Of a DNA stretch of 64,000 bases, positions 46,604 to 56,885 are shown piece after piece. The translations under genes were made by a program, and so were the position numbers. Source of the stretch: a bacterium (GTDB lineage Bacteria; RBG-13-61-14; DATKZS01). The notes beneath the pieces were generated by a model. The model was given only the letters and a program-made list of their open reading frames with translations. It searched no databases and had not been told where the DNA came from. The stretch's first letter is position 1. Each line of letters opens with the position of its first letter. The stretch lies in NCBI GenBank assembly GCA_963674965.2, contig CAXXFL010000003.1, positions 192,001-256,000 of the forward strand. Direction: 5' to 3'.

Positions 46604-49156
46604 TCATCCCGTCACGAACACGGGAGAGGAGAAGGCCAGGGCGCCGCTTTCGAACTCGATCCGGGCGTAGTAGTAGCTTTTGCTCGATGGTGGCGAGGGG
46701 TCGGTCCAGGCGAGGTCGAGGGTTGTCTCGCCATCGCCGGGCTCTATGTGGACCTCGGCCGAGTCCTTGACCAGGACCGCGGCGCGGATGGGGTCGCTCG
46801 GGTCGTGGTTTCGGGCGTGGACCTCGATCATTGCCGGGCCGCTTATCGAGACGGCCTCACCCATGAAGCGGCCGTTCAGAGAAAGCCTCACGTCGGCCCG
46901 GAGCATCCTGTCGGGCGGCGGCTGGAAGGGCGGATGAGGAGAGACGTTGATATTGTGATAGGACCTTATCCCGCTGTCGATGGCCAGGGACCGCTTGGCG
47001 AACATGGCGTCGAAGATGGCCTTGCGGGACTTTTCCTCGACCCATAACCCGGAGACCACGTAGCCGACTCCGTTGGCCGAGTGGGTGTCCGAGGTACCGT
47101 AGGCCCCGAGTAACAGCCCGTCGTCCAGGCACTCGCGCCAGCACATGTTCCACAGCTTCTTTTCCTCGGGGGTGGCGCTAAGGCGCATGAGCGGGCCCAG
47201 CGTGGCCCAGATGCTTTTCTCGAGGTTCTCGTCGGCGTATTGGGAGAAGTGCAGCTCCGCCGGCACGTGGAGGCTGGTCACGTCGTAGAGCGGCTCGAGG
47301 CCGGGGTCCATTCCCACGAAGTTGTTTCCCATCTCGAACATGTTATGGGCCGTGACCAGCACGCGGCCCTCGGGGGAGAGGGCGAACTTCCGGAGGAACG
47401 GGTACAGCTCCTGGTTGGTGTTGCTCTTGTGTCTTGGCGGATAGGTCAGGGGAAAAGTGGGATTGTCGTCGCCCTCGAACACCACCACCCGGTGCCCCGT
47501 CTTCTGGGAGCTGAACTCGTAGGCCTGGAAGCAAACGAAGTCGTCCGAGTTGAAGAACTTGGGCAGGAAGGCGATATAGGCCTCGATGCCTGGGGTGTTG
47601 GACACGGTGAAGTCGTGGTCGGAGAGGGCGTAGTAATCCAGTCCCACCAGGTCGCGGGCCACGTGGTAATGCCAGTCGGCGGGGTCCACGCCGTCGCTGG
47701 TCCAGCTATGGGAGTGAGTGTCGCCATAGACAAGGGTCAGTCTCATCCCGTCCTTTTCCATGGTTTGCCTGGGCGGGCGCTCCCTTTTGGGCCAGCCCGG
47801 CGCGTCCGAGTCCGGCCCCTCGAAGCCGCTCACCTTGCGGGGGCTCGAGGGCTTCTTGCCCAAACCGATGGGCAGGCAGGGATGCACGTCCGAGGCGAAC
47901 CCGAGCCGCTTGACGTAGAGGCTGTCCCAGATGGCCAGGGCCCGGTTCTTGTCGTCCAGGGTAACGGAATAATCCCAGATGACGTTGAGGGCGTCCTGGA
48001 TTTTGGCGTCCCTTATCTTCCGCCGCTTGGTCCATTTGTCGCCCAGGTAGGTCTGCATGAAGAGGAAGCCGTAGAGCATGGAGTCGGTGTCGCGATAAAA
48101 CAGGTGGACCCGGTTCGAGGAGTCGACCCTTATCTCGGGGTGCATGTTGGTCACGTGGCCGGTGATCCGGCCGTTGTCCGCCGGAACGTCCCCCGGCGAG
48201 TGGGGCCAGAGCCACTTCTCGCCGTCGAAGAACCTGGCGTGTACGACCCTCATCCGGTCGTAGTTGGTAAGGTCCGTCTTGGCCCGGACCCAGGCCAGCC
48301 AGATATTTCCTTCCATGTCCTCGGCCATGGCGACCTCGTTGTCCCACTGGGGGCAGTCGGTCACGCGGTGCTCGAGGGGATGGGCCCCGCTCGAGTCGGC
48401 CATGCGCATGTAGATATCGTACTGGCCGTCCCGGTAGGAGTCCCACCCCACCGCGGCCGCGCCTTGGTGTTTGCCGTCTTTCGCCGTCACGATCACGCGG
48501 GGCCGAAAGTTCATGCCGCCCTTGCTGAGGACCTCGGGTGGCGACCATTCTCCGCCGTTCCAGCCGGCCAGCCGGACGGACCCGTCGGCCCAGTCCTCGT
48601 AGGCGATCCAGACCGCTCCCGTCGCGGGGTCCACGGCCACGTCCGGGTGAAGGGCGGGACGCTCGCCGCCGGCGACCTTCATCGGCCCGGTCCAGGGTTG
48701 GCCGTTGTTTTTTAACGCCGCGAAGACGCTCCATTCCCGCGTCTCGAGGTCCATGGCGCACCAGGCCACGCAAACCTTGCCGCCGGCCGCGCTTATGCGG
48801 GGATCGAGCTTGGCGTGAGGCTGGCCGTTGCTTACGTCATGTTCCTTGCTCAGCCCGCCCACGCCGGGGCGGCCGACCAGGACCCGGTCCCGGGCGTCGG
48901 TTTCCTTGGTGGGACCGAACTCGGTGTCGATCTCGCGCGTTACGACATTGACGTGAAGACGGCTGGTCCAGGTCTTGCCCGTCAAGGGATCGAAGGCTAT
49001 CCTGCCCATCTTCGAGACTTCGCCCGAGGCGACCTCCCCCGCCAGGGCGGGCAGGGCCCGGACGTTGGCCAGGACCATCAGGCCGCCCGAGCCAGCCAGG
49101 CTCGAGTTGATAAAAACCCTGCGCGTAAACCCTTTGCCGTCTTTTTTCCAGGCCAT
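46604..49156 (-). CDS. Tat-exported protein with a propeller-like N-terminal region and a PHP/DUF3604-like metallohydrolase domain
   Basis: FTRRVF Tat motif; YGDTHSHSWTSDG, LSDHD, GTSDTH and YYYAR...AFSSPVF. Confidence 0.8.
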   Translation of the reverse strand: MAWKKDGKGFTRRVFINSSLAGSGGLMVLANVRALPALAGEVASGEVSKMGRIAFDPLTGKTWTSRLHVNVVTREIDTEFGPTKETDARDRVLVGRPGVGGLSKEHDVSNGQPHAKLDPRISAAGGKVCVAWCAMDLETREWSVFAALKNNGQPWTGPMKVAGGERPALHPDVAVDPATGAVWIAYEDWADGSVRLAGWNGGEWSPPEVLSKGGMNFRPRVIVTAKDGKHQGAAAVGWDSYRDGQYDIYMRMADSSGAHPLEHRVTDCPQWDNEVAMAEDMEGNIWLAWVRAKTDLTNYDRMRVVHARFFDGEKWLWPHSPGDVPADNGRITGHVTNMHPEIRVDSSNRVHLFYRDTDSMLYGFLFMQTYLGDKWTKRRKIRDAKIQDALNVIWDYSVTLDDKNRALAIWDSLYVKRLGFASDVHPCLPIGLGKKPSSPRKVSGFEGPDSDAPGWPKRERPPRQTMEKDGMRLTLVYGDTHSHSWTSDGVDPADWHYHVARDLVGLDYYALSDHDFTVSNTPGIEAYIAFLPKFFNSDDFVCFQAYEFSSQKTGHRVVVFEGDDNPTFPLTYPPRHKSNTNQELYPFLRKFALSPEGRVLVTAHNMFEMGNNFVGMDPGLEPLYDVTSLHVPAELHFSQYADENLEKSIWATLGPLMRLSATPEEKKLWNMCWRECLDDGLLLGAYGTSDTHSANGVGYVVSGLWVEEKSRKAIFDAMFAKRSLAIDSGIRSYHNINVSPHPPFQPPPDRMLRADVRLSLNGRFMGEAVSISGPAMIEVHARNHDPSDPIRAAVLVKDSAEVHIEPGDGETTLDLAWTDPSPPSSKSYYYARIEFESGALAFSSPVFVTG

Positions 49157-49472
49157 GTTGATTGTCCTTTATCGCCGGCCGCGGGGGCAAGTTACAATGC
49201 ATCGCGACGCGGTCCTTCGATAATCCAATATTTATAATGATATTAGGGCCGCGCGTCTTTTGTCAATAAAGTCGGCCGCGGACGGCCGGACGCGATGCGA
49301 CTCTTTCGTGGCCTTCATGCCGGGGACTCGCGCAATGAAGCGGCGAGGGCATAAGACGCGTTTATATAGATTTAAAAATCGCTTGTGATCTTGGAGCCGC
49401 GATGCTAATAATCATTGTATGGAGGCGCGGCGGGACCCGCTCTCCAAGGTTAATATAAGGAGGTAAACGAGA

Positions 49473-50180
49473 ATGGGCAAACCGAAGGATTCCTGCGTCG
49501 AGCCGGCCAAGGGGCCGATCGCGCCGGAGGAGGAAAAGGCGACGGGGTCGTCTTCAGCGCCAAAGGAGGTGGCAATCATGACGGCTAGAGTTGGGCGCCC
49601 AGCGCCGGATTTCGAGGCCGGCGCCTTTTACAAGGGCGGCTTCAAGAACGTAAAGCTTTCCGATTACAAGGGCAAGTGGATAATACTGTGCTTTTATCCG
49701 GGTGACTTCACCTTTGTATGACCCACCGAGTTGTCGGCGGTCGCCGTCAAATACAAAGAGATCAAGAAGATGGGTTGTGAAGTTTTATCCGTGAGCACCG
49801 ACAGCCGCTTCGTGCACAAGATTTGGCAGGAGGAGGAACTGTCCAAGATGGTGGAGGGGGGAGTTCCTTTTCCCATGCTCTCGGACGCGGGCGGAAGGAT
49901 CGGCAAAGCGTACGGCGTCCACGAGGAGGCTGCGGGGGTGGACATTCGGGGCAGGTTTATCATCGACCCCGATTTCAACGTCAGGGCCATGGAGGTCTTG
50001 ACCCCCGAGGTCGGCCGTAACGTGAGCGAGTTGATCCGACAGGTGCAAGCCTTCCAGCACGTGGCCAAGACCGGCGAGGTGACCCCCTCGGGTTGGACGC
50101 CGGGCAAGAAAACTTTATCACCCGGACCCGACCTGGCCGGCAAGGTGTGGAAAGAATGGAAGCCTGAAGAGGCGTTTTAG
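49473..50180 (+). CDS. prxU: Selenocysteine-containing peroxiredoxin (PrxU/AhpC type)
   Basis: [15 protein letters not shown]: in-frame TGA at 49719-49721 occupies the peroxidatic Cys position and joins two ORF-track fragments; SECIS hairpin follows. Confidence 0.92.
49731..49750 (+). promoter_or_regulatory. Bacterial SECIS element
   Basis: Hairpin TTGTCGGC-GGTC-GCCGTCAA with a G-containing apical loop about 18 nt after the UGA. Confidence 0.75.
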
Positions 50181-50205
50181 CTCGTTTACCGACTTTTTAT
50201 TTTCC

Positions 50206-50231
50206 GGGCCGCTCGATCATTCGGGCGGCCC
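50206..50231 (+). terminator. Hairpin after prxU
   Basis: GGGCCGCTCGA-TCAT-TCGGGCGGCCC. Confidence 0.5.
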
Positions 50232-50349
50232 ATTCAATTGTCCGGGTCGGACCTCATTTGAAAAAAGTCCTTTTCCGCGCTTGCCAAGCGCTTAAAATAG
50301 TTCATAATAGTTAATCGTCGCGCCCCGATCGGGAGCGTCGCGTAAGATT

Positions 50350-50967
50350 ATGGCCCGCGCTAATTACAAACGTCCCGACCATTTCGCCAGGAGGGCGAAA
50401 AAAGAGGGGTACGCGGCCCGCAGCGTTTACAAGCTCGAGGAGATCGACTCGAGGGAGGGTCTTTTCCGTCCCGGTCTTCGGGTGCTTGATCTTGGCGCGG
50501 CGCCGGGTTCCTGGATGCAGTACGTATCCTCGGTCGTGGGCGGCAAGGGCGTGGTGGTGGGAGTCGACCTCAAGCCGCTGAAGCGTTCACTCGCATCCAA
50601 CGAGCGGTTCGTGGAGGGGGACCTTTACGATCTTGACCCCGAGGTCATCCGGGGCGAAGCGCAAAGGTTCGACGTGGTCCTCTCGGACATGATGCCCAAC
50701 ACCATAGGCCACAAGTCCTCGGACCACCTGCGCTCGATCGCGCTGGCGGAGAGGGCCCTTTGGGTGGCGGACCGGCTGCTTCGTCCGGGCGGGCACTTCC
50801 TGATCAAGGTCTTTCAGGGAGCGGAGTTCGACCAGTACCGGAACATGATGCGCGAGCGGTACGCCCGGGTCAAGGTCAAAAAGCCCGAGGGCTCGAGGAA
50901 GACGAGCAGGGAGATATACCTTCTCGGCCTTAATAAAAAGCCGGCCGAGGATAGCGGGGAGGATTAG
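50350..50967 (+). CDS. rlmE: 23S rRNA Um2552 methyltransferase
   Basis: AKKEGYAARSVYKL, DLGAAPGSW, VLSDM and KP..SR..SREIY. Confidence 0.93.
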   Translation: MARANYKRPDHFARRAKKEGYAARSVYKLEEIDSREGLFRPGLRVLDLGAAPGSWMQYVSSVVGGKGVVVGVDLKPLKRSLASNERFVEGDLYDLDPEVIRGEAQRFDVVLSDMMPNTIGHKSSDHLRSIALAERALWVADRLLRPGGHFLIKVFQGAEFDQYRNMMRERYARVKVKKPEGSRKTSREIYLLGLNKKPAEDSGED

Positions 50968-51065
50968 TCGCGAGGACCCGGCGGAGTCCTTGATTAATAT
51001 GTACGATAGGTTGACCAAGTCAAACGTGGATATTGGCCCGGCGCATGAAAAAAGGGGAGGAAAAC

Positions 51066-52334
51066 ATGGCCAAAAAAACATCCGGCAAAAAGACCTCGGC
51101 GAAAGTGAGCGCCGACAAACCTCAAAAGAAAGCGGCGGTGAAGAAGCCGGCCGCCTCGTCCTCGCCCAAAAAGGCCAGGATGACGCGTTACGGAATCATT
51201 CCGGAGTCGGCGGCCAAGATCAAGACCGTGGGCGTGTTGACCGGCGGCGGCGACTGTCCGGGCCTTAACGCGGTCATCCGGGCGGTGGTTCGCACGGCGA
51301 TCAACGTTTACGGCTGGCGCGTGATCGGGTATGAGGACGGCTTCGAGGGCATGATCATGCCGGGCAAGCACGTCGAGCTCGATTACGGCTCGACCCGCGG
51401 CATCCTGCACAAGGGCGGCACCATACTTGGCTCGACCAACCGCGGCAACCCCTTCAACTTTCCCATCGAGAGGAGGGGAAGGACGGTCCCCATGGACTGC
51501 TCCCACGAGGTGGTCGAGACCTATAACCGGCACAACCTGGACGCCCTGATCGTCATAGGCGGAGACGGCACCCTGACCATCGGCGAGCGTTTCCAGCGCG
51601 AGAAGAAGCTCAACATCGTGGGGGTCCCCAAAACCATCGACAACGACCTTTCCGCCACGGAGACGACCTTCGGTTTCGACACCGCCGTGGCCACGGCCAC
51701 CGAGGCCATCGACAAGCTGCACACCACGGCCGAGAGCCACCACCGGATCATGTTCGTCGAGGTCATGGGCCGGGACGCCGGCTGGATCGCTCTTCACGCC
51801 GGCATAGCCGGGGGCGCCGACGCCATTTTGATTCCCGAGATCGAGTACGACGTCACCCGCCTGATCGAGAAGATCAGGATGAGGGAGGAGTCGGGCCGCA
51901 AGTCTTCCATCGTGGTGGTGGCGGAGGGGGCCAAGCCCGCGGGGGGCGACGTCTCGACCGTAAGGAGCTCGAGCGACTTCGACCTGGTCCGGCTGGGCGG
52001 CGCGGCCCAGCGGGTGGCCGACCTTATCGAGAGGCTGATGGCCAGGGAGACCAGGGTGACGGTGTTGGGGCACATCCAGCGGGGCGGATCTCCCACCAAC
52101 TTCGACAGGATACTGGCCACCAGGTTCGGCACGGCCGCCGCTCACGCCGTGGCCAGAAACGATTTCAACTCGATGGTGGCCCTGCAGGGCGCGAAGATAG
52201 TGACCGTCCCACTCAAGAACGCCATATCCAGCCAGAAGTTCGTCGATCCCAACGGAGAGTTGGTGCAGGCCGCCAGGGCCTGCGGCATGACCTTCGGCAC
52301 GCCCGGAAGGTCCGGACTGGCGAGCGGCGTTTGA
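51066..52334 (+). CDS. pfkA: 6-phosphofructokinase with a Lys/Ala-rich N-terminal extension
   Basis: LTGGGDCPGLNAVIR, GGTILGS, IGGDGT, PKTIDND, EVMGR and LGHIQRGG. Confidence 0.95.
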   Translation: MAKKTSGKKTSAKVSADKPQKKAAVKKPAASSSPKKARMTRYGIIPESAAKIKTVGVLTGGGDCPGLNAVIRAVVRTAINVYGWRVIGYEDGFEGMIMPGKHVELDYGSTRGILHKGGTILGSTNRGNPFNFPIERRGRTVPMDCSHEVVETYNRHNLDALIVIGGDGTLTIGERFQREKKLNIVGVPKTIDNDLSATETTFGFDTAVATATEAIDKLHTTAESHHRIMFVEVMGRDAGWIALHAGIAGGADAILIPEIEYDVTRLIEKIRMREESGRKSSIVVVAEGAKPAGGDVSTVRSSSDFDLVRLGGAAQRVADLIERLMARETRVTVLGHIQRGGSPTNFDRILATRFGTAAAHAVARNDFNSMVALQGAKIVTVPLKNAISSQKFVDPNGELVQAARACGMTFGTPGRSGLASGV

Positions 52335-52345
52335 CGATCCAATAG

Positions 52346-52382
52346 AAAAACGCGGCCGCGTTTTATGGCGCGGCCGCGTTTT
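52346..52382. terminator. Bidirectional terminator
   Basis: AAAAACGCGGCCGCG...CGCGGCCGCGTTTT between convergent genes. Confidence 0.8.
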
Positions 52383-52397
52383 AATCTTACAATACTT

Positions 52398-53330
52398 TTA
52401 TTCCTCGCCGCCGGCCTTTTGTATAATATCCGCGATTTCCAGGTAGCTCAGTTCCCGGGCCAGCTTGAGCGGGGTCCTACCATCCTTGTTCCTGGCGTTC
52501 ACGTCGGCGCCGTTTTCTATCAGCAGCTCGACCGTGTCTTTTTTGCCCAGGCCCACGGCCCAGTGCAGGGGAGTGGCGCCGAAGGGCTCGTCCTTGGCGT
52601 TGACGTCCGCGCCGGCCTTTATAAGCATGAGGGCGCAGTCGGTCTTCTCCAGTCCCAGGGCCCAGTGCAGGGGGGTCCAGTCCTGCTTGTCCCGGGCGTT
52701 AAGGTCGGCTCCTTTCTCGATGAGGACCTTGACCACCTCGGTCTTGCCCCGGGAGGCCGCGGAGTGAAGAGGCGTGAGCCCGAACTTATCCTTGGCGTCG
52801 ATCTCGGCCCCCGACTCGATAAGCAGGGCCGCGATCTTTTCATTGCCCGCCCACGCCGCCGAGTGGAGCGGCGTATCGTCCAGCTTCTTCTCCCTGGCGT
52901 TGACGTCGGCCCCGCCCTTGATCAGGACCTTGGCCGTCTTGGCGTTCTTGGCCGCGTGGAGGGGGGTCCCGTAAATATAGGCCAGGTCGTTGACGTCGGC
53001 CCCGTTTTTAATCAGCAGCTCGCAGGCCCTGGCGTAGCCGTTATAGGCGGCCAGGTGGAGGGGCGTGGCGCCCTGCACGTTCTCGGCGTTAACGTTCGAC
53101 CCCTTCTCGATCAGGTAGCGCATGGCCTCGACGTGCCCCCTGGCGGCGGCCTTGTGGAGGGGGATGGCGCCCTGGATATCGACGGCGTCCACTTTTTTAG
53201 GTTTTTCCGCCAGTATCTTCTCGATCGTTTTCAGGTCTCCCTGCTTCGCGGCCTGGTGTATGTCCTCGGCCAAGGCCGGCCCGGCGGCCGCCAGCAGCAT
53301 GACCCAAACCATTATTATCGTTCTCTTCAT
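52398..53330 (-). CDS. Secreted ankyrin-repeat protein
   Basis: Signal peptide; repeated TPLH.AA..G...LI..GADVNA. Confidence 0.95.
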   Translation of the reverse strand: MKRTIIMVWVMLLAAAGPALAEDIHQAAKQGDLKTIEKILAEKPKKVDAVDIQGAIPLHKAAARGHVEAMRYLIEKGSNVNAENVQGATPLHLAAYNGYARACELLIKNGADVNDLAYIYGTPLHAAKNAKTAKVLIKGGADVNAREKKLDDTPLHSAAWAGNEKIAALLIESGAEIDAKDKFGLTPLHSAASRGKTEVVKVLIEKGADLNARDKQDWTPLHWALGLEKTDCALMLIKAGADVNAKDEPFGATPLHWAVGLGKKDTVELLIENGADVNARNKDGRTPLKLARELSYLEIADIIQKAGGEE

Positions 53331-53395
53331 TTGAATCCTCGCTTTATCGTTCGCGTAAATCCCCGCCATCTATGATAGCCCATGACCGCCTCGTT

Positions 53396-54217
53396 TCAGC
53401 GATTGGGATACTCCTTGCCGCTGATCTCCTTCCACAGGCCCCTGGCCACCCGCTGGTTCATCTTGTTGGAGCCGACCTCGCCCGGCATGGAGCAAGGGTC
53501 TACCTTGAGGGCCGCCTCGAGGGCGTCGAGGGCAAGGTCCTTCTTGTCGATATAGCCGTAGTACTGGGCGAGCCACACGTAGTTCTCCACGTAGTTCGGG
53601 TTCTTGTCGATCTGGCTTTGCAGGTCGTCAAGTATGGCGGCCGAGTCCTTGCCCAGCATCTTGATGAATATCTCCGGGGCCTTGGCCAGGATGCCGGTCC
53701 AGAAACGGGCGCTTACGCCGTACTTGTAATGGGGGGCCTTTTCGTCCAGCCACTTAAGGTGTCCCAGTATCTCCGGGAACACCGCCGCCTGCTTGAGGTA
53801 GCTGGCGTACTGGTACTGCTTGCCCTGCGCGGCGGCCGCCAGGTAATGGGCCCCGGCGGTTTCCTTGATCTCGAGGGCCCGGGTCGCGCTTTCAAAGGAC
53901 TTTTTGTTGTAGTCGGTCTGCAGCTTTTTCTCCTCGTCCGTGTCGCCGGGGGTGTAGTAGGCCCGGTCGAAGTACTCGCAGGCCAGCTCGGTGAGAATCT
54001 CGTGGTTGTTCGGGTCAAGGTCCCTGGCCTTCTCCAGGTTGGATATGGCGCAGTCGATGGTCTCCAGGGTCTGGTCATCGTCCAGGCAGGCCCAGGCCGC
54101 GTCCACCAGCTTCTGGGCCTCAGCGTTCCTGCTCACGGGCTTGTCCGGTATGCGGGACCATGACAAAGAGGGAGCCAGTATGGCCAGGAAAATTAATATC
54201 AGCGGTACGCGCTTCAT
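53396..54217 (-). CDS. Exported TPR-like protein
   Basis: Signal peptide and helical repeats (LEKARDLDPNN, ALEAALKVDP). Confidence 0.7.
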   Translation of the reverse strand: MKRVPLILIFLAILAPSLSWSRIPDKPVSRNAEAQKLVDAAWACLDDDQTLETIDCAISNLEKARDLDPNNHEILTELACEYFDRAYYTPGDTDEEKKLQTDYNKKSFESATRALEIKETAGAHYLAAAAQGKQYQYASYLKQAAVFPEILGHLKWLDEKAPHYKYGVSARFWTGILAKAPEIFIKMLGKDSAAILDDLQSQIDKNPNYVENYVWLAQYYGYIDKKDLALDALEAALKVDPCSMPGEVGSNKMNQRVARGLWKEISGKEYPNR

Positions 54218-54220
54218 TTT

Positions 54221-54685
54221 TCAGTTCCCCTTATTGTCCTTTTTGCTTATCATTCTCTGGTCGATCGCCTCGAGCCAGTCGTCGTGCAGCTTGTGGAGGT
54301 CCTTGATGGTCACGAACATGGGCATGATCGAAACCAGGGCCCCCGTGAACTCCTCCCTCGAGGTCACCAGGGTGGCGCCGTCCTTTTCATCGAACAGGAA
54401 AGAGTGGACCGACACCACCGTTTTGGGAATCCCGCCGGTCCAGGCCATCTCCTTGTAAGGATCGAGCGTTATCACCTCGACCGGAACGGGCACGGCCGGC
54501 CCCTTCACGGCGATCTTCATGGTAAACCTCGAGCCGATCCTGATTTCTCCGCCGTCGCCGGTAACCTTTTTAATGAAGGGCTTCCACTCGGGCCAGCTTT
54601 TTACGTCCAGTATCTCGTTCCAAATGTCCCGAGCCGGCGCCTTGACCAGCCGGGACCTTTCAAGCTTAAGATTTCCCATTTGCAT
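54221..54685 (-). CDS. SRPBCC family protein
   Basis: IWNEILDVKSWPEW...TLVTSREEFTG. Confidence 0.8.
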   Translation of the reverse strand: MQMGNLKLERSRLVKAPARDIWNEILDVKSWPEWKPFIKKVTGDGGEIRIGSRFTMKIAVKGPAVPVPVEVITLDPYKEMAWTGGIPKTVVSVHSFLFDEKDGATLVTSREEFTGALVSIMPMFVTIKDLHKLHDDWLEAIDQRMISKKDNKGN

Positions 54686-54687
54686 CC

Positions 54688-55689
54688 TCAGTCTATCAGT
54701 CCTTCTTCCCTGGCCCAGGCCTCGAGCTTCTTGAAGCCCTCCTCCGTGCTGACCGGCGGCTCGTAGCCAAGGTCCCTTTTCGCCTTGTCCAGCTTGTAGG
54801 TGTGCGTGTACATGAGCTCGGCCACGGCGTACCTCGAGAGAAGGGGTTCCTTTTTGATTTTCAGTACGTCCCAGATCGCCTCGAAGGCGGCCCCCACCCC
54901 GTAGGCCAGGGGACCGGGAATGCTGCCCTTCGCCGGCGGGAGCTTCATGATCTCGAGGTGGCGGTTGATGAAATCGGCGTAGGTGGTGGGCTCGCCGTTG
55001 GTGATGAAGTAGGCGTTACCCGGGGCCTTGTCCGACTTCGAGGCCAGCACCAGACCCTCCACCAGGTTCTCGACGTAGGTGGTGTCGGTCACGGTCCTGC
55101 CGCCTCCCACGTGGTAGATGGGGCCCTTTTCGGCGTGGGTCTTGATCCTGCCGAAAAAGGTCTGGTCGCGGGGCCCCCAGATGACGTGGGGACGTATGGA
55201 AACGGTCTTGAAACAATCGCAGTTGGCCGCGAGCACCATGCGCTCGGAGATGGACTTGGTTTCCCCGTAGGCGCTGAGGAACTTGTTGGGATAGGGGAAG
55301 GTCTCGTCAACCTTGTCGTGATGGGTCCAGCCGTCAAAGACCGAGGCCGTCGAGCTGCAATGGACGAACCTTTTGACTCCGGCTTTTTTCGCGGCCCGCA
55401 GCATGTTTTCGGTCCCGTCCACGTTGACCGCCCAGAACTTCTCCCTGGCCCCCCAGGGAGAGGCGAAGGCGGCTATATGGAAGACGACGTCCGCGCCCTC
55501 CGCCGCCTCGTCGAGGCCCGTGCCCGTGCATAGGTCGCACCCGTGGGCCTGGGCCCCGGTTTCCGAGCATGTAAGCTCGAGCCCGGGCGTAGGCAGGTCC
55601 ACCACGCTGACCTCGTATCCGTCGCGCCTTAATCTCTCGACCAGATGCCGGCCCACGAAGCCGGCCCCGCCCGTTACCGTTGCTTTCAT
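54688..55689 (-). CDS. Extended SDR: NAD-dependent epimerase / 3-beta-HSD-like (OleD-like)
   Basis: TGGAGFVG, FHIAA, YGETK and IRPHVIWGPRD. Confidence 0.9.
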   Translation of the reverse strand: MKATVTGGAGFVGRHLVERLRRDGYEVSVVDLPTPGLELTCSETGAQAHGCDLCTGTGLDEAAEGADVVFHIAAFASPWGAREKFWAVNVDGTENMLRAAKKAGVKRFVHCSSTASVFDGWTHHDKVDETFPYPNKFLSAYGETKSISERMVLAANCDCFKTVSIRPHVIWGPRDQTFFGRIKTHAEKGPIYHVGGGRTVTDTTYVENLVEGLVLASKSDKAPGNAYFITNGEPTTYADFINRHLEIMKLPPAKGSIPGPLAYGVGAAFEAIWDVLKIKKEPLLSRYAVAELMYTHTYKLDKAKRDLGYEPPVSTEEGFKKLEAWAREEGLID

Positions 55690-56281
55690 TTTTTCCCCCT
55701 CTTTATAATAGATGGCGCCTTTAGTCCCACGGCGCTCGATCTCCCCGCTGGAATGGCGGCTCAATTTTTGAACCGAAATTCAAATCTGGGCAATAGTAAT
55801 TTATTTAAGCGGCCAAGTCAAGCCTTTCGAGGTTTTACGCTGTCCGACTCCGCGTCCTTTTTTACGATCGGACAAAAACATCTCAGAGCGTGTCTTTTAA
55901 GATGGAGTCAATGTTTCGCGTTATGGACCTTTACCAAGCGGTAATTGATTCGCCTTGATTATCAGAGCCTTAGCCAAATATATCGGATAAGACTACAATG
56001 ACGAAGGCGCGAAGTCAATTAATCGACAATATGTACCATGCGGTATTTCATATCTGCGAATAATAAGCGACGTTTACGGCTACTATTCATAAAAAGAAAA
56101 TCAATCAATCGATCAATAGGAATGAAGGAAATTCAAATACCCCGAAAAAAAGCGTCCCTAAAATCAATATAATCCAGGCGGCCCATCGAGGTTGTAAGAC
56201 GTTAGTGAGTCAATCGACTGGCCCGGAAATCACGATGGGCTATTTACTTGGTAAAGCAAAAAAGATAAAATCTAAAAGTAA

Positions 56282-56449
56282 GAGCCTCTTGCAAAATTCC
56301 CGCTTTGGAGTGCGGCGGCTCGACGCCGCTTTTCTTCCGAGCGGCTTGACGCGAGGCAAGCCGGTGTATTAATAGGCCTTGTCAAGCCAAGGCCCTCGAA
56401 AGCGGTCTCAAGCGACCGCGCTCCAAAGCCGGACTTATGCAAGAGGCTC
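56282..56449 (+). mobile_element. MITE copy 4 (168 bp, variant right end)
   Basis: Same left end and body as copy 1; right end CTCCAAAGCCGGACTTATGCAAGAGGCTC; no 4-bp duplication visible. Confidence 0.8.
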
Positions 56450-56507
56450 AAATGAAAACCGAAATCCAAACGCATGAAAAAACCACGGCTATCGGGGGAG
56501 GGAAGGT

Positions 56508-56885
56508 TTGAGAGTAACTAAAGCCGCGACTTTGCTTTTAATCGCTCTCGTTTTATCCGCCTGCGGCGACAAAGGGGAAAAGGGCGGCGGCGAATACCAC
56601 GGCGTGACCCAGGCCGACCTTTACAAGTGGAAGACCAAGCTGGTGGGAAGGTGGGAAAACGAGGACGCTTTTTACGATTTCAAGGAGGACGGCAACCTTC
56701 TGACGGGCAAGATAGACGGCTGGTACCCCGAGGAGAATACCTTCAAGATTACGGGCGTCAATAAAATGAAAGTCAAAAGCAAATGGGGCGGACAATATAG
56801 ACTTGTCTGGTTTACGCTGATCGAGGACGAATTGACTCTCAAGTTCAACAAGAACGAATCCATTACTCTCTACCGAGTTAAATGA
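56508..56885 (+). CDS. Small lipoprotein, lipocalin-like beta pattern
   Basis: Lipobox LSAC; LVGRWE...FKEDG. Confidence 0.7.
   Translation: MRVTKAATLLLIALVLSACGDKGEKGGGEYHGVTQADLYKWKTKLVGRWENEDAFYDFKEDGNLLTGKIDGWYPEENTFKITGVNKMKVKSKWGGQYRLVWFTLIEDELTLKFNKNESITLYRVK

Noticed and set aside
55700-56280. AT-rich intergenic region as an origin or ncRNA
   Set aside because: I saw no DnaA-box cluster or RNA motif; it is consistent with promoter DNA.
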